In this document: piece after piece, positions 43,134 to 55,300 of the stretch
Layout: each line of letters starts with the position of its first letter
Position numbering within the stretch: position 1 is the stretch's first letter
Assembly (NCBI RefSeq): GCF_021869535.1
Contig: NW_026262679.1
Span: 106,764,001-106,828,000, forward strand
Length of the DNA stretch: 64,000 bases
Source: Mytilus californianus
Lineage: Eukaryota
Direction: 5' to 3'
Program-made: the position numbers and the translations under genes
The notes under the pieces: generated by a model
The model's input: the letters and a program-made list of their open reading frames with translations, nothing else
What the model was told of the DNA's origin: nothing
The model's database searches: none

Positions 43134-46100
43134 CTATGTCACAGAGTTTAATTCTACATAAAGATTGGTGTAAGACGTAATGTCTGTGTGAAAACTATGT
43201 TTTCTTTCGACAAATCCCTCCGCTCCAGCCACTGCTCGTGACATTGTAACACTGAATCTTGGATTATTTTCATAAGTATCACCATAACTACTTGTTTCCA
43301 ATCGAGAATCGAAGATACTGGTAGCGACTCTTGTAAATTCAGACTTCTGTGTCGGGTGACGTCTGTTCCCGCCAAATATATTATGTGTTGTTAACGCATG
43401 ATCGTAATTTTCATGACCCTTCATTCGGGTCTTGGTCGGGGAAAACTTGATGGTTTTATTTTGAAGGAACATTTTATCTCCGTGAGTGAGAAAATGTACC
43501 ATTACATTGTCAATGTTGAAATATTTGGTGCTGGTGTCTATATGGGATCTAGAAACGTCTGCAACAAATACACCATTCTCCCCTATAATCTGAGTAGATA
43601 GTAAGACAAACATAGGTAACGATTTTCAAAATACCAATCACAATCGATAAAATAATTCATTAATTTCGTTTTGATATATATATATATATGTGTGTGTATA
43701 TTTTTATTGTCAGACGTTATCATTTAAATCATTAGAATAATTTTTTATAAAGGCTTAATGTTAAAATTTAAAGCAAACCTAGATATATTGGGTAAACGTT
43801 AATAAGAGAGAAACCTTAACAACACAATAAAACGTAAAAGGGATTGCGAGATTAGTCATTATATGCGCTTCACACAATATTGCATGCTTCCAATGTTCAT
43901 TGTTGAAATGTTTAAGATGACACTTTTTTATTCATAGTTTTGTAAAATGTTTTCATGTTATCTAAAAATGCTATATAGAATCGATATCCATACTAATAAA
44001 TGTAACTTCTTTACCTCTCCTTTAGCTTGAATAGTTCCAGCATGCATTATTACGAGTGCAGTATTTTCATCCACACCAATACCCCAGGCTACACCATGCT
44101 TTAAACTACGGGTGTCTGACAACAACCTGATGAGACGACCTTCTCGTCCACGCTGACTAAAATTTAAGGAATAAAAAAAGGAAACATTAAAATGTCAATT
44201 GTTGGTGAACAATTGAGAGGTCTTTCCTTTTCGTAATGTAATATATATGCTTAAATAGGCGTAGAATGCATTGAAAAGCTCCAAAACACACATAAAACCC
44301 TCAAAATATGGTAAAAAACACATATAATTTGCAATTTGGGAAATGACCTTGATTTTTTACCTTATGACCTTTGTCAAGGTCATTAGTCCATGATATCATT
44401 ACAAAAGACCCAACAAGGTTTAAGGTCAAAGGTCAAGGTCAACGTAACAATTTGACCTTGTGGTATTTTTAAGGCCACATGAATTGATGATCATTGGTGA
44501 AGATCCTAGGCTACGACTTACGGTTTCTGAGTTTAAGTGGCCAACTGACATCGGTTAATTTTCAAAGGGCATAACCTTACCAATGAGTCGTTGAATCTTG
44601 TTGATCCAAATGTAACGAAGAACCAGGGTTTGGTCCTGAACAAATTCCAATCTTCAGTTTTTTTTCTACCTACTATGGTTACTGTGTTTGAATGATAACA
44701 TAGTTTTCGGTGTTAGGGGAGAACACCGCTATTGATAAAGGAAATGTTACGACGTGGTGCTATAACCACAAGCTAGCTTTTGGTCAACCGATACTTGATA
44801 CCTAATATCATTTCAACATGTCGCGTACTTTTTATGGGAAATGTCGTTAAAGTTTGGCAGAAAAAAGAATAATAACCAGAAGAAATAATACAGTAAGGTC
44901 TTTCCTATAGTGATTGTAGATATAATTTTCAAGAGTAATGCATTGTTTACGTATAATTACATAAGGTGTAGCGTTCTTCTTTTTTCATTGGTTATAACGA
45001 TCACGTGATTCGGAGGGTATTTAACAATTATGGACTTTTGACGAGGTCAATACGTTAGATATGGACCTGTTCGGATTAAATTGACCGAGGACAAGTCCGA
45101 ACATGTCCATATATAACGTATTGACCTCGTCAAAAGTCCATAATTGATAAATATAGTTCCATGATATCCAAAGTTTATTTATTCAGAACATGATTTATGT
45201 AAGTACGTAATGTGTATTTCTATAAAGTTATTTTCTAGCTTTGTTCTCTCGATGTGCATTTAGATAAAGTTTTTTTGTTGGATTGCTGTCTTTTTCAAGC
45301 TACAACAATCGTTTTGTCGCCATGGGGAAGAATAGGAAATTGCATCTTTGATTCACTACTCGATCAACCGTGTTACATATTTTTTTCAACAAAATACACT
45401 AATGCTTATCAGAAACTTCATTTTCTTTAACCCGAATGAGGATTGGTACTGTCTAGAAATGTTCCTCTAGATACATTGCATATCGAAAATATAAAATGTT
45501 ATGCCAACAATAGTTAGAACAAACCTGAAATGTGTGTCAAAGATAAAACCATCCAACATACCAGTTCCGCCATCTTTGTTGTATATCAAATTATCAGGAT
45601 GATCTTTGCTTTCAGATTGAAAAGCCCCATATCGCAAACCATCCCAACTCATCCCACCTTTAATATAAAAGATATAGGCTTAAACGAGAACTGATTTAGC
45701 TAATCAGTGAGAGATGGAGAGAATCAGAACTTATTTACTGTTAAGACAGAACACGAAAACTTAGGTTTGTATCACTTTTTGTCGTCTGATATGGGACTTG
45801 AACACTTTCAGAAATTACGAAAACTTTAAAGGAACAATGCATCATGGAACTTATTTTGTTGTCCGGGTACCGAATACAGATTACATATACACACGATGGT
45901 AGTACGTAGTTCACATGATTAATTTTTGCTGGTGAAAATAGTTAGATAGTACCCACCGTATGTTTATGTGCCTTTCCTAGGTATGAATATCGTCACTGGT
46001 GGTCACTGGCTGTTTTAAACACTTGTTTTTTTATTGTTTGGTCATCCTCTTGAGTGAATGAGACTCGGGGATCATTTTAAAACATACAGTAATTTGTACA

Positions 46101-48775
46101 CTTGTCCAGCTCTCTATTTAGTTACGACTTGTCTTGATCAAGGACGTATAACTAACACATACGTCATTGTATTGATGGACTTATATCGTCTCTCATTACG
46201 CTTTAGCACAAAACATGATCGACCTTTATCGAAGACCTATATGGAAGAAATGATGTAAATAATTTCAAACTGACCTCTGATCATAATAGCTGACGGTTGG
46301 CAAGCAGTACCTGCACTTGTGCCAGCTATAACGGCGCCAGCATCAAATTGCTCCTTGATCGCTGTCATTGCTGGAGATTCTACGTGACCACTTAGAAAAA
46401 ACCTATAATGATGCGATTCGGCAAATAAAGCATAGATCATTTTTTACAAAAAGTAAAAAAATGTTCCGTTACCAAGGATCTGCTTACCCTTCCGGAGCAC
46501 CTGTGATCACCCCGTTTTTGCCATGGCATTGTAAGTTCCATTTCGACTTATGAGTTTGATTTTTTGCTTAGGTATAGCTTTCGCCCCTCTTTTTCAAATC
46601 ATACAGCAGAATCGATTACCGACTAATGCCGATTCTGGTAAATTGTCAGTCTCCGAGAATACAATTTGTTAAGTAGTCAATGCCTAAATTGTAAATTGTG
46701 GGAATAATAGCATGATTTAAATGATACACGGTGCATGACAATTGCATGCTAATTTGACAAAAGACTGTTTTTTATCTGTTTGATCCTCCCACAAGGTTTG
46801 TGTATTTTTTTCAGTAATCTGGCCCTACGGAGGTTATTGTATCAAACATAGGTACTTGGGGACAGGACAATTTATTTTAGCCCTCCGCCTTTTTTTCCAA
46901 AATCCGTTATTTTTTGTTTTCTATCAATTTCAATTATTTTCGCGTTTTTTGTTTGTTTGGTATCATATGAACATAAATATGCTAGAAATAACTAGTATTT
47001 GCTATTTACTATCAATTCCAAGTTTACTATCCACAGCGGTCACTGATATATTATATAGATATAATAGGGCTAAAAAAATGTTCTGTCCCCATGTACCTAT
47101 GATATCAAACACTTGTTATATGCACTTAAATTGGTACCGTAAACGTATTGTATTATACAAATCAAAACTATTACTTAGTAATTGAAATCTCTTTTACCAG
47201 GAGAAAAACATTTGTAAAGAGTAAAAATATCCGTCTTACGTATCAATAATTCTCTGTTGGTCTCCACCTCCAAAGAAGAATCCTGTTTGTTGTTTTATTT
47301 TGCCCACAATACTCTGATTCGAATTTTTGGAAATATGATTGACGTCTATTGGTATACAATAGACAGAAAGGGCCTTATAACGATGCAGAAATAAGTCGGA
47401 ATAATAATAACAGCTGTCCGCGGGATCAGCAGAGGCCGCAGTGACGATCCCAATCTTGGCACGCGTTACTCCTCCCTAAAATGTTAAAAGGTGCAAAATC
47501 AAAAGCTGATTTATATAGTTTTACATACGTGGACAATAGTATGTAGTACCCCGTCACGTCAACTCTGTGTTTTTGTTAGATGAATTTCTGCTTTGGATCG
47601 ATCTGATGAGTAAAGCCCTTTTCAACTGACTTTTATAGTTTGTTCTTATGTTGTACTGTTACACCACTGTCCCAGGTTAGGGGAAGGGTTGGCTCGCCTT
47701 GAAATTAATTTAACCCCGTCACATTCTGTATGTGCCTGTCCCAAGTCAGGAGCCTGTGACTCAGTGGTTGTCGTTTGTTGTTGTATATCATATTTGTTTT
47801 TCGTTCATTATTTTGTACTAGTCAGGCCGTTAGTTTTCTTGTTTGAATTCATTTCGGGACCTTTTATAGCTGACTATGCGGTATGGGTTTTACTCATTGT
47901 TGAAGGTCGAACGGTGACCTATAGTTGTTAATTTCTGTGAGTTTTTGTTAGATGTATTTCTGCTTGGTCTTTTGGTCTCTTGTGGAGAGTAGTCAATCAT
48001 ACCACATCTTCTTCTTATTTTTATACAAACATATAAAAATGAAATTATTGGCTCTAGCCAATGGATGGCTTGTTTAATATGGAGTAAATCTAATGTTCAC
48101 GTATTGCTGTCATTATATATATATATATATGGAATATTTTAATGTTCATTTATTTTTGTAATTATAATTAGAGCTTATACTCACAAAAAATGAATTGAGC
48201 AGATACATATCAATTATAAATAAACGGAGATGTTGGGTATACGTCCATGAAACAGAGACTTATTGAGTAATAAACCAATAGACTTCTTTGATGAAAAAAA
48301 AAAGTTTTGGAACCACATATTCTGTTGTTGTGAAATATTGTTTAATTCTCATAGTTTATTTATATTTTGTGTTTTATCTGTTTTATGAAATATCTGTGGG
48401 CGGTATACGTCAATCAGACAGCAACCCGACAACACTGAAAACAAACAAACAAAAGACAAAAGACATTTTTAGAGGTCAAATATTACAACGATCTTGTGTT
48501 TTGTCTCTGGATTTTGTTCATTCACTGAGGTGTCTTCTGTACTCTCAAAGTGTAAAATCGCCAAATGTCATTATCCAGACAAGTTCTATCACAAAAACAT
48601 TTAAAGAACTTACAGCAAGTTTAACGATGCTGCTATAGATTTCTGTGTTGTTTTCATCCAGATGGCCGCCAACCAAAACCAAGCTTTTACCATAAGAATT
48701 ATATTGAGGTAATTTATCGTTTACCAAGAAAGCCTGCGCAACTGGCAACGAAAGCAATAAGCACAAAGCCGCCAT
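43134..48775 (-). CDS. Secreted cyanophycinase-like serine peptidase (family S51), 418 aa; exons 48775-48614, 47475-47240, 46402-46275, 45657-45525, 44156-44015, 43589-43134
   Basis: Six exons splice in frame (1257 nt; phases 0,2,1,2,0; all GT-AG). Motifs: signal peptide MAALCLLLSLPVAQA, SLVLVGG, IVTAAS, GFFFGGGDQ, IAGTSAG, FDTHFSQRGREGRL, GIGVDENTAL, VHFLTHGD. AATAAA on the minus strand at 43115-43120. Confidence 0.9.
45025..45150. repeat. Long hairpin element in cyanophycinase intron 4
   Basis: caattatggacttttgacgaggtcaatacgtta...tcgga, spacer, tccgaa...taacgtattgacctcgtcaaaagtccataattg. Confidence 0.75.
47540..47990 (+). repeat. Dispersed repeat family (cactgtcccaggttaggg...gtgcctgtcccaagtcaggagcc...); other copies at about 24420-24690 (minus) and about 34240-34321 plus 36457-36630 (split by the CACTA element)
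   Basis: Three recognisably homologous copies within the window. Confidence 0.7.
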
Positions 48776-48923
48776 ATTTTTATAAGTTGATATCTATGAT
48801 AAGATATACACCAAACGTAAAATGACCTAGATTACAGTGATAACCTATGTGATGGAACTTTAGAATAGATTTGAAATGGGATTTTCCGATACAATCATTG
48901 CCTCTTCAAACGGGAAGAAGATA

Positions 48924-50499
48924 TGTAAACCTCAGATCTGTGTACGGCCTCAAATCTGTGTCCGTTTCTCAAATCTGTGTCCGTTTCTCAAATCTGTGCC
49001 CCATCGTGACGTCAATCGCTAATTTATGTCCGTTAAAAAAGATACGGCCTCAAATCTGTGTCCTATTTTCAAATTCGTTTTCAATCGTGACGTCATTCGC
49101 AAATCTATGTTCGTTTAAAAGATACGGCCTCAAATCTGTGTTCTTTTCTTAATTTTTTTTCCAGTTTGTTTTGCCATGCGCAAATTTATGCCAGTCTAAT
49201 AAGTACGGCCTTAAAGGATTTTTGTTTTATTAAGTCATTTCCCATAATTCAAGGTTAAGTTGGGATGTGTTCTCCATGTGTGTGCTTCAAAATTTTACAT
49301 GCGTGTGTAATTATTGTATGATCTACATGTTATTGTAAAACTACAACATTTTCAAATTGTTTGCTTTTCTTGATCCCGTGTTTAATTGTTCTGTAGTAAT
49401 TATCGTTACTTCCCTTTACTCATTATGTCTTGGTAACAAATACGAAATATAAGTTAATAATTTAATTTTGGATGTAACGCGTCTTCTGATTGGCTGACGT
49501 TGTTTTGTTTATCAGCTCATAGACATAATTTTGTCATGTGACCGTGACGTCATCAACGTTTTTTCATGGTTTACTACGGTTTAAAACAATTAAATTATAA
49601 GAAATGACTGTAATATTTTTTCTGTCTATTCGAAATAACATAAAAAATGTGGTGCACACTTTAAAATTATTCAGTGTGCACCACATTTTTTATGTTATTT
49701 CTTCATAGACAGAAAAAATATTACAGTCATTCCTATAATAAACAACCTGAGACAAAACCACATCTGTATACAAGCAACTAAAGATACATGTATGGCCTTC
49801 AACAATGAATTGAACCTATTCTGTATCGTAATCTGTAAACACATACAACTATTTGTTCAATGTCTCAATGTATAGGTACCACATAAAAATGTTTAGGGTA
49901 TAATTTATTGCCGGTTTAACAACGACATTTTGTGCCACTATCTTATTAAAAAAGTTTTTTTCTGGTGAAACTATTTCGGATTCGAATCTATGTATTTTTT
50001 AAAATCCATTGTGTACCATGACATCAACATTCAACAACCACAACATAGTTCTGTGTACACATTATTGGCCAAACGAGCATACATGTTACTTTATTAATGT
50101 GCCTTCAAGAATGAAACTACACATATTGTTTTACTTGATTACGTCTTGCTATGTCTTACGTCACCACATTTCGATAAAGGACATAGATTTGTGACAAAAA
50201 TAGCCATAGATTTGAGTTAATAAAGGACATAGATTTGAGACAATATAGAACATAGATTTGAGACAATAAAAGACATAGATTTGAGACAATAAAGGACATA
50301 AATTTGGAACGTCTATGACGCAATATTAAAAAGGACATAGATTTGAGACAATATAGAACATAGATTTGAGACAATAAAAGACATAGATTTGAGACAATAA
50401 AGGACATAAATTTGGAACGTCTATGACGCAATATTAAAAAGGACATAGATTTGCGGAAAAGACATAGATTTGAGGCTGGACATAGATTTGAGGCTTACA
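48924..50499. mobile_element. About 1.58-kb TIR element with subterminal repeat arrays and a candidate 4-bp TSD (GATA)
   Basis: GATA|tgtaaacctcagatctgtg... and ...catagatttgaggcttaca|GATA. Left arm has ctcaaatctgtgtcc repeats; right arm has inverted ggacatagatttgag repeats including a 108-bp duplication. Confidence 0.6.
49600..49735. repeat. Long hairpin (about 60-bp arms) inside the 48924-50499 element
   Basis: aatgactgtaatattttttctgtctat...aaaaaatgtggtgcacact / agtgtgcaccacatttttt...atagacagaaaaaatattacagtcatt. Confidence 0.8.
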
Positions 50500-52353
50500 G
50501 ATATAAAGGGTGTATAAAAAAAAGGTTACAACAACTCTGGTAAAAAAAGGAAAAGACAAACAGATTGTGACTTGGATGGAGAGTTGTCTCATTGGCACTC
50601 ATACCACATCTTCTTATTTTTATAAACACCAATAAAAATTAAAATCAATACAGAAAACGAAAAATCGAGTAACATGGAAAAAACTAGGGTAACTAACGTG
50701 CTGTAAAAGAGTAAACAGTTTCTGATCCACTAGTGACACCAGTCGTGTTGCATGGCAAGTAAATATCCGGTGGTATGTCGGATCCGTTGATGTCACAATC
50801 GAGCAAAAGAGGACGTAATTGTGGCTCAAAACATGTTTGTTCTGTGAAATAATGTAAGGAAAACAATCTTTAATCAATCTGAAATGCATGACCGTAGGCC
50901 GACATGAACAGTTCCTTTTCTTGTGAACTCTATTGAAAAGTAGGATATGAGAGAATCTCTTAGGAATTTACAATGGTCTCAACGAATATTAATTGAATTA
51001 TGTTCAGCTTCAAATGTATTGATTAGAATAGCTTTATTTATTTACGACAATATGATATCTTTTCATAAAATTTGATATGTTGAATTCATGTTGGAGAAAT
51101 TTTGAAAACTACAGCAGTAAAACCGCAGTTTTTCGATATAATTATGTGTGAAGATTTGGCACCATCGAAATAAAAAAGCCACCACTCTAAGCTTTCTTGA
51201 TTCAATTTTCTCCTGTTCGTCGGCAAAAAATGTGTCCGTTTATTCAAAACAATATATGGTTTATACATTGTGAATTCTGGCAAATCTGTAACTACTGAAA
51301 TTCAGTTCCCTTTTGGTCTTATACACCATTGGCTTTTGAATGTTTAGTTAGAAGTTAAATACAGAAACACGCTACGGATGCACACAATCAATATTAAGTG
51401 TTATTTCCATTCCACAATTATAAGATCTCATAAAATATCACTCTTTAATAACAACAATTAAAATGCAAATACAATTTTATTGACACAATATTTTTTCAGA
51501 ATCTATAAACACATAAATTAATATAAGTAACACATAAATAACCGAGTTACTGTTTCCAGTAACAAAAAACTAGAAACAAAGACAGTAAACCTCAATTATG
51601 CATCTAACAGTGCAGTGCTTGACTTGATAGAATGCATGCAAAGATCTTAAATATATAAAACTGACTCTAGTTCGCTCAAATTTTGAAATTGCATATAAGA
51701 CTGACAAATTCTTCTTACAGTCATTCTTTAAGTGCAGCTTAGTATAATTAAACACAAAACCACAGGGCATCATGATCACCTTTGTTGAAACAACATGTAG
51801 ACAAAGAAGAGTAAACACTTTTGCTCATCTTTGAAGGTCGTACGGGTACCTGTAGTTGTTCACACCCTTGCCATTTGGTCTTCGGTGGAAAGTTGTCTAA
51901 TTGGCAATCATACAACATCCCTTTTTTGCATCTAAAATCTTTTTATATCGCCAACTCATGCCTTTGCGCATATAAGATAAGGCGATGTGGTATGATTGCT
52001 ATTGAGACAACTTTTTTACCCTAGATCAAATGACGTAGAAGTTAGCAACTATATGTCACCATACGGCCGTCTATAAGCACCTTGTTTACTACCATCTTTG
52101 TAAATTTTCATTAAAAAATACGGTAAATCCATCTAACTAGATTTGAAAAGATTGTTAATGGACAGAAGTCAGGATAATTCCTGTTAACCTATAACTTACG
52201 TTTACCGGGTAAAGGGAAGGAGATGTAGAAGGGGAACACTGTTGTATTACAAGTATATCTAATCCATATACATGTACAAACCTTATTTGTTTGAGATAGG
52301 ATTATATCTTTTTAGGGATAAAAGAAGAAAAAAGATCAAATATTGCAAAAAAC

Positions 52354-55300
52354 TTAAGCATGATGTTCAAAAGTTGGATTGTTCACTCCATGATATCTTC
52401 CCGCTCTTTGATTTCTGTCTTTTGGAACATTTATATAGTATGGTCCATCACCCTGAAATTTATTAGGTCTGTTTTCTGGACGATCCCATTTTGCCTTCTG
52501 TGCCTTTATTTGGTACCGCAATGTTCGCGAAACACACATGATGAACATCTGTTAAAGAAATATTTTATAACATTTGTTACACAATTATACCCACGTCATC
52601 TGTTATATAATTTTGAGAACTTAATCAATGACACTTGTGTTATCAAGAATGTTGTCAAAGGTTTTACATGGACATGTAAAATACTTTTAAGAAAAGTTTT
52701 TTTTCAGAGTTAATGTCAAAAAAGATTAATTAAAAAAAAAAAAAAACAAAAAAAAAAAAAAACTTTTGTTTTAGTTAAATCTAAAAGCTGTCATTTGGCA
52801 CCGTTCGTTTTGTTGAAACAGTCATAAGAGTTAACCATTTCTATATATTCCTTAGAAAAATATTGGTAATGATTTCGCGTTAGAGGGATCACTTAATTTT
52901 ATATATGAATTCCCAAATAAAAGTGATACCCTACGCGATTTGATGTCAACATGTATTATAATCTATTGAAAGTAAATATAAAAAGACAACACAATAAGGG
53001 ATGGGAGGCTGATGAAGAAGGAACTCTTTTATGTCAATTAAAAGAAAGCGGATACAAATCCTGTTTCAGGTGTTTTTCTCATTACTTTCATTTTATCTCT
53101 TTATATAAATATATTGAATCTTGACTCGTAACATTTCTTGAAAAAAGTAAGCTACTTTATTAAAAAACCTGGATCCGTCATTGAAATTGCTAAATTGTGT
53201 TTGTATATTTTGTCAAACACTGATACAGTAAATCAAAGTATGATAACAGTTTGATTATCAAGGAAATAAGAGATTATGAAATTCATTCGACCGACCGACC
53301 ATATTAATGATTGTTTTCAAGTGCTTTTATTTGCACTCCCTTCGCTATTGCTTTTGAAGAATATTTTATTTTTAACGAAGTTGGTTTATATCACGTGCAT
53401 TCATCCTTTGCTATTCCTAACCTGAGGTACCAGAATTCCTAACAAAACACCACCTGCTACTAAAGCATTAGAATTAATCCAGTTGCCAAGAGCCTTCAGA
53501 CAACCAACTGTGTAAATCTTATCCACATTTGCTCCAGGGGAAACAGAACCATCTGGCTGAAATAATATTTAAATAATTTGATTATATTGTTCAAAAGCGT
53601 ATATATGAATAAGAAATATATATGATTATACGCATTATTTTTAACTTTTAACATATTAATTTTTGCTTTTGAAGCGTTTGTTGAAAACTCCGGAACCTAT
53701 TACACCACGCCAATTGTCACTAACAGAGCAGGAGCTGCTGGCCCTTCATGATGACCTAGGTTTCATGTTGCTGAATCTTAAGTTTGTTTCAATCTTTAGC
53801 TTTTTCTGTAGGGTTATGTGTAATGTTGTTGAAAATTTTTCCGTCTCTTTTTACCATGGTTTTGTCTTTCTTTTGATTCTTGGTATATTCTGCAACTTGT
53901 TATAGGTTGGACAAAAGTTGCAAGTTGACTATGTCAATCAGATACATTTGGTACAATTATTCAACGTTTTATACTATGTCAATCAGAAACCCTGGTACAA
54001 TTATTCAACGTTTCAGACTATGTCAATCAGATAACCTTGGTACAATTATTCAACGTTTCCGACTATGTCAATCAGATACACTTGGTACAATTATTCAACG
54101 TTTCAGACTATGCCAATCAGATTCACTTGGTACAAATATTCAACGTTTCAGACTATATCAAATCAGATACACTTGGTACAATTATTCAACGTTTCAGACA
54201 ATATCAAATCAGATACACTTGGTACAATCAACGTTTCAGACTATATCAAATCAGATACACTCGGAACAATTATTCAACGTTTCAGACTATATCAAATCAG
54301 ATACACTTGGTACAATTATTCAACGTTTCAGACTATATCAAATCAGATACACTTGGTACAATTATTCAACGTTTCAGACAATATCAAATCAGATACACTT
54401 GGTACAATTATTCAACGTTTCAGACAATATCAAATCAGATACACTTGGTACAATCAACGTTTCAGACTATATCAAATCAGATACACTCGGAACAATTATT
54501 CAACGTTTCAGACTATATCAAATCAGATACACTTGGTACACTTATTTAACGTTTCAGACTATGTCAATCAGATACACTTGGTACAATTATTCAACGTTTC
54601 AGACTATGTCCATCAGATACACTGTACAATTATTCAACGTTTCAGACCATATCAAATCAGATACACTTGGTACAATTATTCAACGTATCAGACTATATCA
54701 AATCATATACACTTGGTACAATTATCTAACGTTTCAGACTATGTCAATCAGATACACGGTACAATTATTCAACGTTTCCGACTATGTCCTTCAGATAGAC
54801 TTGGTACAATTATTCAACGTTTCAGACTATAGCAAATCAGATACACTTGGTACAATAATTCAACGTTTCAGACCATATCAAATCAGATACACTTGCTGCA
54901 ATTATTCAACGTTTCAGACTTTGTCCATCAGATACACTTGGTACAATTATTTAACGTTTCAGACTATGTCCATCAGATACACTTGGTACAATTATTCAAC
55001 GTTTCAGACTATGTCAATCAAATACACTTGGTACAAATATTCAACGTTTTAGACAATGTCAATCAGATACACTTGGTACAATTATTCAACGTTTCAGACT
55101 ATGTCCATCATATACACTTGGTACAATTATTCAACGTTTCAGACTATGTCCATCATATACACTTGGTACAATTATTCAACGTTTCTGACTATGTCCATCA
55201 GATACACTTGGTACAATTATTCAACGTTTCAGACTATGTCAATCAGATACACTTGGTACAATTATTCAACGTTTCTGACTATGTCAATCAGATACACTTG

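Noticed and set aside
43134-48775. Bacterial contamination as the source of the cyanophycinase
   Set aside because: The gene has five GT-AG introns containing host repeat families, host-like AT content, a poly(A) signal, and sits between typical animal genes.
50156-50446. ORF with a duplicated 36-aa block
   Set aside because: It translates the 108-bp duplication in the subterminal repeats of the 48924-50499 element.
53663-53905. GC-richer island/ORF in tetraspanin intron 5 as an extra exon
   Set aside because: The nearest minus-strand acceptor gives an in-frame stop after about 20 codons, and the known exons already join in frame with all eight loop cysteines.
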